Shown here piece by piece: positions 9,540-19,670 of a DNA stretch of 64,000 bases; the stretch's first letter is position 1, and each line of letters starts with the position of its first letter. The notes under the pieces are model-generated. The model had not been told where the DNA came from. It was given only the letters and a program-made list of their open reading frames with translations, and did no database searches. Origin of the DNA: Acidobacteriota bacterium (GTDB lineage Bacteria > Acidobacteriota > CAIWXX01); NCBI GenBank assembly GCA_016191015.1, contig JACPPM010000200.1:21954-85953 (forward strand), written 5' to 3'. A program made the translations under genes and the position numbers.

Positions 9540-11075
9540 TTACGCTCCACGCTCTCCAGGCTCGAACTCGATGTTGTTTCTCCTTAGAAGCGCCAGAAAA
9601 CCGTCCTTGTCAACGGCGCTCTTGAATGCATCAGCCGCCTCCACCGTCCCGCCCTTCACCAGCTCGAAGAGGGCATCGTTGAGTGTCACCATCCCGACAC
9701 CCTTGGAAGTCTGCATCACAGAGGGGATTTGGAATGTCTTTCCTTCCCGAACCAGATTGCTGATCGATGGGATGCCGATCATTACCTCCATGGCGGCGAC
9801 TCGTCCCCCGCCTTTCTTCTTCAGGAGCACCTGCGAAATGACCCCTTTCAAGGAGTCCGAGAGCATGACCCGGATCTGCGATTGCTGGTTCGGCGGGAAC
9901 TGGTCGATGATGCGGTCGATGGTCTGAGCGGCGCCGGAGGTGTGGAGGGTGCCGAAGACGAGGTGGCCCGTGACGGCCGTCTCGATGGCGATGGCTATGG
10001 TCTCCAGGTCTCTCAGCTCGCCGACAAGGACGATGTCGGGGTCTTCCCGGAGGGCAGCTCGAAGAGCGCGCTTGAACGATTCGGTGTGGACACCAACCTC
10101 GCGCTGGTTGACCAGACATCCCTTGTTCTCGTGAACAAATTCGATCGGATCCTCGATCGTGATGATGTGGTCCTCTCGCTTGCGGTTCACCAGGTCGATC
10201 ATCGCCGAAAGCGTGGTGGATTTGCCCGATCCCGTCGGTCCGGTCACCAGGACGAGCCCCTTGGGGAGGAAACACAGATTCTGAACCTTCGGCGAAAGGT
10301 TCAGGTCTTCGACCGTCACGATCTTCTCCGGGATGATCCGGAAGGCCGCGCCGGTCCCCTTGCGGTCCCGATAGAGATTCGATCGGAATCGGCCCACTCC
10401 CTTCAATTCATACGCAAAGTCCGTATCCCCACACTCCTGGAACTCCTTCGCATTGCGGGCCGGAACGATCTCCTTCAGGAGCTCCATGATCATCGCCTCG
10501 TGCAAGAGGGGCAGCTTGCCGAGCGCGACCATTTCGCCATCCTTCCGCAACATCGGACGCGAATCACTCGCCAAGTGCAGATCGGAGGCGCCGAGGTCAT
10601 GCATTGCGTGAAAGAGGAAGCTCATTGTCACCCGATCGATCGGCTGAAGATCGAGCGTTCTGGGCGCCGGTTCGGGCGACAACGGGAGGGGCGTCTCTTG
10701 CGGCTCACGTACCGGAGACGGCACCTCAACCTCAATCCGGGGCCTCCGCACCGGCACCTCCATCGGAGGAGCTGCCTGCGGGCGGCAGCTGACGAAGAAG
10801 GTATCCTGCTCGCGCTTGGTCATGATCAGGAAACGGTCTCCACCCGCCGGCGAATACGGAAAAGTGAACTCACGCAAGAACTGCTCGTCGAGACGGTCAT
10901 GTTCCGTGAGGATCTCATTGAGCAGGTGCAGGATCTCCCGGGCTGACAGCCCACGGCCGAAAGAATGCTGGCTGCCATCGGGCAGCTTGAAGTGTGGTTT
11001 GTGCCCGGGTCGCAGGACCAGTTCCGATGCGTCCCGCTTGGCCATGGCCGCCAATAGCTGGTCCATGAGAGGCAT
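9540..11075 (-). CDS. PilT-family type IV pilus retraction ATPase with a duplicated N-terminal domain
   Basis: Walker A LVTGPTGSGKSTT, Asp box and His box (GHLVFGTLHT). An extra N-terminal PilT-N-like domain is joined through a Pro-rich linker. The ORF extension to 11291 was rejected. Confidence 0.8.
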   Translation of the reverse strand: MPLMDQLLAAMAKRDASELVLRPGHKPHFKLPDGSQHSFGRGLSAREILHLLNEILTEHDRLDEQFLREFTFPYSPAGGDRFLIMTKREQDTFFVSCRPQAAPPMEVPVRRPRIEVEVPSPVREPQETPLPLSPEPAPRTLDLQPIDRVTMSFLFHAMHDLGASDLHLASDSRPMLRKDGEMVALGKLPLLHEAMIMELLKEIVPARNAKEFQECGDTDFAYELKGVGRFRSNLYRDRKGTGAAFRIIPEKIVTVEDLNLSPKVQNLCFLPKGLVLVTGPTGSGKSTTLSAMIDLVNRKREDHIITIEDPIEFVHENKGCLVNQREVGVHTESFKRALRAALREDPDIVLVGELRDLETIAIAIETAVTGHLVFGTLHTSGAAQTIDRIIDQFPPNQQSQIRVMLSDSLKGVISQVLLKKKGGGRVAAMEVMIGIPSISNLVREGKTFQIPSVMQTSKGVGMVTLNDALFELVKGGTVEAADAFKSAVDKDGFLALLRRNNIEFEPGERGA

Positions 11076-11162
11076 GTCAAGAATCTTATTCCCCCGGTTC
11101 GACCTCGTCAATCCGGCACGCCGGCGATCCCAGGGCTGCGGCAAAGTCGAGGCGCCGACTCG

Positions 11163-11342
11163 GGCGAGGCCGTTCCGTGCGAAACCGCAGATGGCGCAGA
11201 TTTCCGCGCAGATTACGCAGATTTTTCCAGCATTCAACCGACGAGCAACTTGCACCTCACTTTCGGGTCGGCCCGAAGCAATCGGCGACATCTGCGAGTC
11301 AATCTGCGAAATCTCCGGTTTCCGGGACTTTGCCGTAGCCTT
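11163..11342 (+). repeat. Dispersed ~170-bp intergenic repeat, copy B
   Basis: Same orientation as copy A and about 85% identical to it. Lies immediately upstream of the radical SAM gene, with a TAGAAT hexamer at 11389-11394. Confidence 0.7.
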
Positions 11343-11408
11343 GCCGGCGATCCGGCACCGTTTCCCTGCGACTCGCGGGCCGACCTGCTAGAATACAGGA
11401 GAGGATAG

Positions 11409-12479
11409 GTGTCGATGGCGGTCTCGCTCGCGCAGGCCCTCGAGGCCAGAACCCGCGAAGCGGTGCTGTATCAGCCCGAGGGGCATCGCCCCGAGGGGCA
11501 GGATAAAAAAGTCCGGTGCTTCGCATGCGGCCACCGCTGCGTCGTGCCGCCGGGCAGACAGGGCATCTGCAAGGTCCGCTTCAACCGCGACGGAGTGCTG
11601 TATGCGCCGGCCGGCTACGTGGCGGGGCTCCAGTGCGATCCGATCGAGAAGAAGCCGTTCTTCCACGCCTATCCGGGAGCGAGCGCGATGAGCTTCGGCA
11701 TGCTGGGCTGCGACTTCCACTGCGGTTACTGCCAGAATTGGATCACGTCCCAGGCTCTGCGCGACCCCGACGCCGTCTCGTCGATCCGTGAGATGACGCC
11801 GGCAGACATCGTTCGCGCCGCGATACGGTACGGAGCCAAAGTCGTGACGAGCACCTACAACGAACCGCTCATCACCAGCGAATGGGCCGTGGATGTGTTC
11901 AAGGAGGCCAAGCGCCATGGCCTTGTCACCTCCTATGTCTCCAACGGGAATGGGACGAAGGAGGTCATCGAGTTCCTCAGGCCGTGGCTCGACCTCTACA
12001 AGGTGGATCTCAAAGGGTTCAACGATGCCCAGTACCGGAGGCTTGGGGGCGTGCTGAAAAACGTCCTGGACACGATCACGCTGCTGTGGGCGGACGGTTT
12101 CTGGCTGGAAATCGTGACTCTGGTTGTGCCCGGATTCAACGACTCAGACGCGGAGCTTCGGGATATCGCCCGTTTCATCGGGGGCGTCTCCTTCGATATC
12201 CCCTGGCACGTCACCGCCTTCCACCAGGATTACAAGATGAACGATACGGACAACACCGGCGTCGCCGCGCTGCTTCGTGCGGCCGAGATCGGCAGGGCGG
12301 AAGGCCTGCGATTCGTCTACGCCGGCAATCGCCCCGGACAGACGGGCGATCTCGAAAACACCTATTGCCCGGGATGCCATGCCCTGCTTGTCGAGCGGTG
12401 GGGGTTCGAGGTCCTGCAAAACCGCGTCAAGGGCGGCCTGTGCCCGAACTGTTCGATCGCCATCCCCGGTCGGTGGTAG
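11409..12479 (+). CDS. Radical SAM enzyme, AmmeMemoRadiSam-type (PFL-activase-like)
   Basis: Radical SAM CX3CX2C motif (CDFHCGYC), with an additional N-terminal Cys cluster (CFACGHRC...C). An alternative ATG start at 11415 is possible. Confidence 0.7.
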   Translation: MSMAVSLAQALEARTREAVLYQPEGHRPEGQDKKVRCFACGHRCVVPPGRQGICKVRFNRDGVLYAPAGYVAGLQCDPIEKKPFFHAYPGASAMSFGMLGCDFHCGYCQNWITSQALRDPDAVSSIREMTPADIVRAAIRYGAKVVTSTYNEPLITSEWAVDVFKEAKRHGLVTSYVSNGNGTKEVIEFLRPWLDLYKVDLKGFNDAQYRRLGGVLKNVLDTITLLWADGFWLEIVTLVVPGFNDSDAELRDIARFIGGVSFDIPWHVTAFHQDYKMNDTDNTGVAALLRAAEIGRAEGLRFVYAGNRPGQTGDLENTYCPGCHALLVERWGFEVLQNRVKGGLCPNCSIAIPGRW

Positions 12480-12516
12480 GACCGATCCTTGACAGCGTTG
12501 GAAGCTGAGGACATAT

Positions 12517-13455
12517 TTGGTGGCCATGGACTATATCGAAGAGATACGACGGCTCAAGCGCGACAGGGGCGCGGTGATTCTCGCCCACTACTATCAGGAA
12601 TCTGAGATCCAAGACCTGGCCGACTTCGTTGGCGACAGTTTGCAACTCGCGCGCGTCGCGAAGGGAACGGATGCGGAGGTGATCGCCTTCTGCGGCGTCC
12701 ACTTCATGGCGGAGACGGCGAAGATCCTCAACCCGAGCAAACGGGTCGTCCTGCCGGATCTCGAGGCGGGCTGTTCGCTTTCGGAAAGCTGCCCGCCCGA
12801 CGCCTTCGCCGCCTACAAGCGACTCCATCCGGATCATGTTGTCATCTCGTACATCAACACGAGCGCGGCGATCAAGGCCATGAGCGATGTGATCTGCACC
12901 TCCAGTAATGCGAAGACGATCGTCGACCGCCTCCCGAAAGAGCGGCCGATTCTGTTTGCTCCGGATCGAAACCTTGGCGCGTATCTGGTGAAAGTCACCG
13001 GCAGGGAAATGCTGCTCTGGCAGGGCACGTGCATCGTCCACGAAATCTTCAGTGAGAAAAAGCTGGTCCAGTTGAAGGAGCAGCATCCTGGATCCCGCGT
13101 CCTTGCACATCCGGAATGTGAGGAGAGCATCCTGCGTCACGCGGACTACGTTGGATCGACCACGGGCATCCTGAAGTATGCCGAGAAGAGCGCCGACAGG
13201 GAGTTCATCGTCGTCACGGAACCCGGCATCATCCATCAGATGGAGCGGGCCTGCCCCGGAAAGGTCTTCATCCCCGCTCCACCCGACAACACGTGCGCGT
13301 GCAATATCTGTCCACACATGAAGAAAAACACTCTCGAAAAGCTGTACCTCTGTCTCCGCGATCTGTCGCCCGAGATCCTGATGGATGAGGCGCTCCGCCT
13401 ACAGGCGCTGCGGCCGATCGAGAGAATGTTCGAGCTGACCGATGCAGGCGCCTGA
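12517..13455 (+). CDS. nadA: Quinolinate synthase
   Basis: NadA signature regions ([18 protein letters not shown], three conserved Cys). Length 312 aa. Confidence 0.9.
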   Translation: MVAMDYIEEIRRLKRDRGAVILAHYYQESEIQDLADFVGDSLQLARVAKGTDAEVIAFCGVHFMAETAKILNPSKRVVLPDLEAGCSLSESCPPDAFAAYKRLHPDHVVISYINTSAAIKAMSDVICTSSNAKTIVDRLPKERPILFAPDRNLGAYLVKVTGREMLLWQGTCIVHEIFSEKKLVQLKEQHPGSRVLAHPECEESILRHADYVGSTTGILKYAEKSADREFIVVTEPGIIHQMERACPGKVFIPAPPDNTCACNICPHMKKNTLEKLYLCLRDLSPEILMDEALRLQALRPIERMFELTDAGA

Positions 13456-14896
13456 GAAGGCGCATCCGACCCCCTTCATGCCGCCGCCTGACTCGTCGCT
13501 TGAGCTGACGCCCGAGCAGATGCGGGTGCTCCTTGAGCAGGCCGCAAGACGCGTCTTCTCGCACATCGCCTCGCTCCCCACACAACCTTCGGCCGACACG
13601 GACCGCGGGGCTGAGCTCGCCAAATCCCTGATCGAACCGCTTCCCGTGCAGCCAACGGACGCCGCGGAACTTCTCGATCTCCTCTTCGAACGCTTGGTGC
13701 CGAAGAGTTTTACCGCGTCGGGCCCTGGCTATCTCGCTTACATCCCAGGAGGCGGGCTCTTCCATTCGGCGATCGCCGACTTCATCTCCGATTCGGTGAA
13801 CCGATACGTGGGCGTATGGGCGGCGGCACCGGCCCTGGTCCAGCTCGAAGCCAACGTCATCCGGTGGTTCTGTGAGATTGTGGGCTACCCATCGGGGGCC
13901 CGCGGGGTTCTCACGAGCGGCGGGTCACTCGCGAATTTCTCAGGCGTCGTGACGGCCAGGAGCGCTCTGCTGCCCGAGAACTTTCTTCAGGGCACAATCT
14001 ACACCTCCGACCAGGCACATCATTCGGTGCAGAAGGCAGCGGCCCTCGCCGGCTTTCCTGGGAGGAATGTTCGCGTCGTCCTGTGTGACGAGCGGTTCCG
14101 CGTCGACGTCGCGGAGATGCAGAAGATGATCTCGAACGATCGAAAGGCCGGAACGAGCCCCTTCATGATCGTTGGACACGCGGGGACGACGAATACCGGA
14201 GCAGTCGATGATCTGGTTGCGCTGGCGGATCTTGCGGGTCGGGAGCGCCTCTGGTTCCATGTCGACGCCGCTTACGGAGGGTTCTTCATGCTGACCGAGC
14301 ACGGCAGGCGTGCCATGGCCGGGCTCGACCGGGCGGATTCGCTCGTCCTCGATCCGCACAAGGGACTCTTCCTTCCTTACGGCACCGGGTGTCTGCTCGT
14401 CCGGGACGGTGACGCGTTGCGTCGTGCCCATTCACACACGGCTTCGTACATGCCCGAGTACCAGGAGGATCCGGACCTGGTCGATTTTTGCGAGCTTTCC
14501 CCCGAGCTCTCCCGGGGGTTCCGTGGACTCCGGGTTTGGCTGCCTCTGAAAATGCACGGCGTCGAGCCATTCCGGCGCAATCTCGACGAGAAGCTGCGGC
14601 TCGCCCAATGGGCCGCGGACAATGTGCGGGCGATCGATGGGATCGAGATTCTCGCCGAACCACAACTCTCGGTTGTGGCCTTCAGGCTGGTCAAGCCCGG
14701 GCTCGACGAGGCCGAGCTGAACCGGATCAACATCGACCTGCTCCGCCGCATCACCGGACGCAAGCGCGTTCATCTGAGCGGTGCGATGCTCGGCCAGCGC
14801 TTCGCCCTCCGGATCTGCGTGCTCTCGTTTCGCACCCACATGGAGCGCATGAAGATGGCGATCGAGGACATCCGCGCCGCCGTCGCGGAGTTGTGA
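13442..14896 (+). CDS. PLP-dependent group II amino-acid decarboxylase
   Basis: Lysine pocket [20 protein letters not shown] and a fold-type I aminotransferase-like core. Overlaps the 3' end of nadA by 14 nt. Confidence 0.8.
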   Translation: MQAPEKAHPTPFMPPPDSSLELTPEQMRVLLEQAARRVFSHIASLPTQPSADTDRGAELAKSLIEPLPVQPTDAAELLDLLFERLVPKSFTASGPGYLAYIPGGGLFHSAIADFISDSVNRYVGVWAAAPALVQLEANVIRWFCEIVGYPSGARGVLTSGGSLANFSGVVTARSALLPENFLQGTIYTSDQAHHSVQKAAALAGFPGRNVRVVLCDERFRVDVAEMQKMISNDRKAGTSPFMIVGHAGTTNTGAVDDLVALADLAGRERLWFHVDAAYGGFFMLTEHGRRAMAGLDRADSLVLDPHKGLFLPYGTGCLLVRDGDALRRAHSHTASYMPEYQEDPDLVDFCELSPELSRGFRGLRVWLPLKMHGVEPFRRNLDEKLRLAQWAADNVRAIDGIEILAEPQLSVVAFRLVKPGLDEAELNRINIDLLRRITGRKRVHLSGAMLGQRFALRICVLSFRTHMERMKMAIEDIRAAVAEL

Positions 14897-15129
14897 TCGG
14901 TTCAGCTGCCACCGAGTAGGCAGGTTGTGCCCTGGAGACCGGTGCCACCCTCGTGAGTATAGCGATCGTGGCTGCGCTGCTGAGAGGGGATGTCAGACAT
15001 CGCGTCGACGAATGGGTTCGCGAGTCCCGTTCGCTGCGACCCCGGACGAATGTCCTTTTCGTGACTTATTGCACGATACGCGCTGATGCCTGGGAACCGT
15101 ACGGCGGACCGATCGTTGTCGTCGCTCGG

Positions 15130-15849
15130 CTATCTCCCGTATCCTGCCGATCGCCGCAACACGAAGATAAACTGCTGCGCACCGAAACCGGGCAGGATTC
15201 GACACAGCGCGTAGTCAAGCCATTTGAGCGGATAGACCCGATAAAGCCTGTAGGGCAGGATGCTAGGCGTGACCATCATCCTCTCGATCCGGAGTCCGAG
15301 CCGGGACATCATTCGCTCGGCCGTCCGGCGAGTGAAAAATCGAAGGTGCGATTCGTCGAGGATGCCGACCGATGTGTAGTCGAATCGGCCGAGCAGGAGC
15401 GAGAGGCGAACGCGCCAGTTGGCGATGTTGGGAAGCGAGCAGATCACGCGACCACCCTCCCGCAGGTAGGGGAGCAGCTTCTTCAGGTTGCCTTCAGGGT
15501 CGCGCGTGTGTTCGAGAATGTCGGCGAAAACCATGACGTCGAATATGCGACCGCAATCGAGGGCCTCCAGGCGATCCAGGTCAGCCGTCCAGACGCGATC
15601 GCAATACCTTGCCGCCTCGCTCGCAGCGTCCGGCGCGGCCTCGATGCCATAAACGCTGTACCCGCAGCTCCTCAGTTCCGCCGCGAGATACCCGGTCGAA
15701 CACCCGACATCGAGGACCACCCCGGCCACATCCGGAGACTTCGGACCTGGCCCTGGTCCCCGGACCCGGGACCCCGCCCCCAACAACTCGAGGATTCGCT
15801 GGTTGGCCGAGAACGGGCTGGGATCGATGGCCCCGTATTTGTGAGGCAT
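15130..15849 (-). CDS. Class I SAM-dependent methyltransferase
   Basis: Motif I VLDVGCSTGYLAAEL and a post-I acidic residue. Start set to the ATG at 15849. Confidence 0.8.
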   Translation of the reverse strand: MPHKYGAIDPSPFSANQRILELLGAGSRVRGPGPGPKSPDVAGVVLDVGCSTGYLAAELRSCGYSVYGIEAAPDAASEAARYCDRVWTADLDRLEALDCGRIFDVMVFADILEHTRDPEGNLKKLLPYLREGGRVICSLPNIANWRVRLSLLLGRFDYTSVGILDESHLRFFTRRTAERMMSRLGLRIERMMVTPSILPYRLYRVYPLKWLDYALCRILPGFGAQQFIFVLRRSAGYGR

Positions 15850-15908
15850 CCAGCATTGACTATACGGGAACGCGGCATCTAGAATCAACGCCACAGCAGG
15901 AGGCAGGC

Positions 15909-17480
15909 ATGACGGAAACCATCAAAGACAAACTCAGAAAGTTCGCGCCGGTTCAGATCGGGAAGCACACGGAGAGTCTGACTACGGAGGAGAATGCGAT
16001 CGTCGAGAAACTCGTAGATGCCTGCCGGCAGCTCGAGTCGGTCTTCTGGAAGCAATGCTGGAGCGGGAGCTTGGCACTGAGGGAGCGTCTATCCAAGAAA
16101 AAGTCGGACCGGGACAAGTTGCATTACGTCATGATCAATGCCGGGCCGTTCGAGAGAGTTCGGGAGAACCGGCCCTTTGTCGGGAAGACGCCCAAGCCGC
16201 TGGGTGCAGGCTTCTATCCCGAAGATCTCACCAAGAAGCAGTTCGAGAATTACGTGACCAGGAACCCTGACGTGAAGGAGGCCTTCATGAGCCCCTTCAC
16301 GGTGATCCGGCGCGAAGGTAAGAAGCTCGTGGCCGTGCCCTACCACGTGGCCTACGCGGAGCATGTCGAACCGGCGGCGGCGCTGCTTCGTGAGGCAGCC
16401 GGCATGACGCGGAATCCGAGCCTGACGAAATACCTGAACAGCCGCGCCGCCGGGCTTCTCAGCGATGACTACTTCCAGAGCGACTGCGACTGGATAGATC
16501 TGCAGGGAACGCCGATCGACGTCGTGATCGGTCCCTACGAAGTATACGAAGATCATCTGCTCTCGATCAAGGCGACGTACGAAGGCGTCGTGATGGTGAC
16601 CGACCAGACAGAAAGCCGCAAGCTCGACGTCTACGTCAGCCATCTCGAACAGATGGAACAGAACCTGCCGATACCGGAGCGCTACAAGAGCCGGCAGAAG
16701 GGACTGGCCGCGCCCATGACCGTCGTCAACGATCTGTATCGGAGCGGCGACATCCGACACGGCTACCAGGCGGTCGCCTTCTCGCTCCCGAACGATCCGA
16801 AGGTGCATGAGCTGAAGGGGGCGAAGAAGGTCATGCACAAGAACTTCATGGATGCCCGCCTCGAGAAGGTCATCGTGCCGCTGGCTTCGAGACTGCTTGA
16901 TCGCGGCCAGCTCGAGTTGGTGACGCCACAGGGCTATTTCGATTTCGTCGTGCTCCATGAGATCTCTCACACGCTTGGCCCTCGGCAGATCCGGGTGAAC
17001 GGCTCCGCCACGACTGTCAATGAAGCGCTGAAGGAGTGCTATCCGGCCATCGAGGAGGCCAAGGCCGACGTCTGCTCGCTCCACACGCTCCCCTACCTGA
17101 TCCAGCAAGGCGTTCTGCCGGCGGCGATGGAGCATCAGTACCCGGCATCCTACCTCGGGGGACTATTCCGGTCCGTCCGGTTCGGCACCGCGGAAGCGCA
17201 TGGGAAGGCCGAGATGATGATCTTCAACTTCCTGGTGGAAGCCGGCGGCGTCAGATGCGACCCCCGGGCCAAACGCTTCGTGATCGATGAGGCCAGGTTC
17301 AAACAGGGAATCGAGAAGCTCGCCGGCCGGCTCCTCACGATCGAAGCCGAGGGCGATTACGCCGGCGCACGGGCTATGTTGGATGGGCTCGGCGTCCTGC
17401 GCAAGGACCTCGGCGGGCCGCTCTCAGCGCTCAAGAGAATTCCGATCGATTTCGAACCCTTCTTTGCGTGGGCTGACTGA
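15909..17480 (+). CDS. Putative zinc-dependent hydrolase/peptidase (HExxH, DPP-III-like)
   Basis: HEISHTLG zinc motif. GGAGG ribosome-binding site directly upstream of the ATG at 15909. The 5' ORF extension that would overlap the methyltransferase was rejected. Confidence 0.55.
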   Translation: MTETIKDKLRKFAPVQIGKHTESLTTEENAIVEKLVDACRQLESVFWKQCWSGSLALRERLSKKKSDRDKLHYVMINAGPFERVRENRPFVGKTPKPLGAGFYPEDLTKKQFENYVTRNPDVKEAFMSPFTVIRREGKKLVAVPYHVAYAEHVEPAAALLREAAGMTRNPSLTKYLNSRAAGLLSDDYFQSDCDWIDLQGTPIDVVIGPYEVYEDHLLSIKATYEGVVMVTDQTESRKLDVYVSHLEQMEQNLPIPERYKSRQKGLAAPMTVVNDLYRSGDIRHGYQAVAFSLPNDPKVHELKGAKKVMHKNFMDARLEKVIVPLASRLLDRGQLELVTPQGYFDFVVLHEISHTLGPRQIRVNGSATTVNEALKECYPAIEEAKADVCSLHTLPYLIQQGVLPAAMEHQYPASYLGGLFRSVRFGTAEAHGKAEMMIFNFLVEAGGVRCDPRAKRFVIDEARFKQGIEKLAGRLLTIEAEGDYAGARAMLDGLGVLRKDLGGPLSALKRIPIDFEPFFAWAD

Positions 17481-17556
17481 GAGGAGACATCGGGAGACCT
17501 CCACGATCAGGCCGTTTCCGCGCGGCCACTCCTGAGGTCGGATTCCTGGATTTCTG

Positions 17557-18864
17557 ATGGAAAGGTACCTCTCGAGCGACCAGTTCGTTCTTGTCACGAT
17601 CCTCGTGAAGCTTGTCGTCATCGCCTCGGTTGCCGCCGTCCTCGTTCGCTATGGTACGTTCAAGCGCTTGCTGTTTTCGGATTTCAAGACCTGGCGCGAC
17701 AAAGGCACCTTGCTCCTGTTCCTCGGCATTCCCATCATCCTCTCGACGGCGGTCCGCGTTCTGCTCGGGTACAAAGCGGCGGATATCAGCCTCGAGGGCA
17801 CGCTCCTGGGCGCTCTAATCGGCGGACGGATCGTCGGGGCCGTGCTCGGCACCTGCGGCAACCTGCCGTGTCTTCTCAACGGCGAGTACCTCGCGCCCCC
17901 GTTCGGACTGGTGGTCGGGCTTGCGGGAGGCTTCCTGCACGTGCTCTCCGGACGCCGTGAGGACCTCTGGAATTTTTCGCCGCTTTTCTTTCTGCGCTCC
18001 CCTTCGAGCATCCGGCAGATGTTCTCTACCCGTCACCTCGACCGATCGCTCCTCATCTTCCTGACGGCCGTCGCGCTCGAGCTCACACGGATTCTGGCCG
18101 GAAAGCGGCTGGGCCACCTCTTCTACCTCTACTCCACCCGCCCTGTCGTCATCGTCGCCATCTTCGCATCGACCCTCGTCACTGTCGGCATCTCAATAAA
18201 GATGTTCAGCAGCACGCGGAACGAGATCAAGTTGAAGGAACAGGAGGCGCTCCTCATCCGCGCACGGCTCGAAGCGCTGATCTCACAGATCAAGCCACAC
18301 TTCCTGTTCAATACTCTCAACTCGATCGCCTCCGCCATCCGAAGCGATCCCGACAAGGCGCGTCACCTCATCTTCAAGCTCTCCCATATCCTTCGGCGAC
18401 TCATCGACAGCCGGCAGGAGTTCGTGCCGCTGAGAGAGGAGCTCGAGCTCATCGACTCGTACCTCGACATCGAAGTCGCCCGGTTCGGCACCGAAAAACT
18501 CCGGGTCGCCAAGATCATCGACTCGGCCGCCATGGACATCATGGTCCCGGCCATGCTGCTCCAGCCTCTGGTCGAAAACGCCGTCGGCCACGGCCTCTCG
18601 CCCAAGATCGAAGGTGGGACGATTCACCTGGAGGCGGCTCTCCGCGACGGAAAACTCGCCATCGAGGTGAGCGACGATGGAGTCGGGATCCCTTCATCCA
18701 GGCTGGCCATCGTCTTCCGCGATGGAGTCGGGATCAATAATACAGCCGAACGACTCAAGGTCATCTACGGAGACGACCACACATTCGACATCGAAAGCCG
18801 CCCCGAGCATGGGACCGTCTGCAGGATCACAATTCCGCAGATGCTCCCTTCACGGATCACATAG
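17557..18864 (+). CDS. LytS/YehU-type sensor histidine kinase
   Basis: N-terminal multi-TM 5TMR-LYT-like region. His_kinase motif KPHFLFNTLNSIAS. C-terminal HATPase region. Confidence 0.85.
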   Translation: MERYLSSDQFVLVTILVKLVVIASVAAVLVRYGTFKRLLFSDFKTWRDKGTLLLFLGIPIILSTAVRVLLGYKAADISLEGTLLGALIGGRIVGAVLGTCGNLPCLLNGEYLAPPFGLVVGLAGGFLHVLSGRREDLWNFSPLFFLRSPSSIRQMFSTRHLDRSLLIFLTAVALELTRILAGKRLGHLFYLYSTRPVVIVAIFASTLVTVGISIKMFSSTRNEIKLKEQEALLIRARLEALISQIKPHFLFNTLNSIASAIRSDPDKARHLIFKLSHILRRLIDSRQEFVPLREELELIDSYLDIEVARFGTEKLRVAKIIDSAAMDIMVPAMLLQPLVENAVGHGLSPKIEGGTIHLEAALRDGKLAIEVSDDGVGIPSSRLAIVFRDGVGINNTAERLKVIYGDDHTFDIESRPEHGTVCRITIPQMLPSRIT

Positions 18865-18878
18865 AAAGCAGGAATCTC

Positions 18879-19670
18879 ATGGAAATAAAAACCGTTATCG
18901 TCGACGACGAACCACTGGCCCTGGAGGAGATGGACTTTCTCCTCAAAGAGCTCAGCGACGTGCGGGTCGTCGGGCGCGCCAGAAACGGCCTCGAAGCCGT
19001 CGATGTCGTGAAGAAGACAGGTCCGGACCTGCTCCTCCTGGACATCCAAATGCCCGGTATGGACGGCTTCGGCGTCCTGAAACAGATCCTCAAGAAGGGC
19101 CGAGCACCTCACGTCGTCTTTGTGACCGCCTTCGACGAGTACGCCATCAAGGCCTTCGAATTCAACGCCGTCGACTACCTGCTCAAACCCGTGGAAAAAC
19201 GCCGTCTCGCACAGGCGCTCGAGAAGGCCCGGCGCGTGTTGGCCGGCTCCGGCGATCGCGATCGCGATCGCGAGGGCGGCGGCGACGGCCGGCTCGAACG
19301 ACTCCTCGCAACCCTCGAACGCAAGCTCGAACCCCCACGGAAGCTGACAATCAAAGTCGGCGGCCGGTATATGCTCATCGACGCCCGCGAAATCATCTAT
19401 GCCACCGTCGAGGAAGGCGCAATCGTGGTCGTCACCGATTCGCTTGCCGGCTCCTCCAACTGCAGGACCCTCGACGAGCTCCAGCAGACTCTCCCGGGCG
19501 ACCTCTTCTGGCGCGCTCACCGATCCCACATCGTCAACATCAACAGGGTCCGTGAAGTCCTTCCCATGTTCAAGCGGACCTACTACCTCAAGATGGCCGA
19601 TCCGAAGGCGGCAGAGCTTCCTGTGAGTCGCGCACAGATCTCCCGATTGAAGGAGCTGTTCAGATTCTAG
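18879..19670 (+). CDS. LytTR-family response regulator
   Basis: Receiver domain (VDDEPLALEE...LLLDIQMPGMDG) plus a C-terminal LytTR DNA-binding domain. A low-complexity DRDRDREGGGDG insert sits in the linker. Confidence 0.9.
   Translation: MEIKTVIVDDEPLALEEMDFLLKELSDVRVVGRARNGLEAVDVVKKTGPDLLLLDIQMPGMDGFGVLKQILKKGRAPHVVFVTAFDEYAIKAFEFNAVDYLLKPVEKRRLAQALEKARRVLAGSGDRDRDREGGGDGRLERLLATLERKLEPPRKLTIKVGGRYMLIDAREIIYATVEEGAIVVVTDSLAGSSNCRTLDELQQTLPGDLFWRAHRSHIVNINRVREVLPMFKRTYYLKMADPKAAELPVSRAQISRLKELFRF

Noticed and set aside
11076-11291. N-terminal extension of the PilT-like ORF into the dispersed repeat.
   Set aside because: The extension runs through the noncoding repeat copy B. The internal ATG at 11075 begins the PilT-N-like domain.
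10816-11391. ORF spanning repeat copy B, which might suggest the repeat encodes a peptide.
   Set aside because: Copy A has an in-frame stop at the equivalent position, so conservation is at nucleotide level only.
15609-15908. 5' extension of the HExxH hydrolase ORF that would overlap the methyltransferase.
   Set aside because: The extension is Pro/Arg-rich GC-shadow sequence. The internal ATG at 15909 is preceded by GGAGG.
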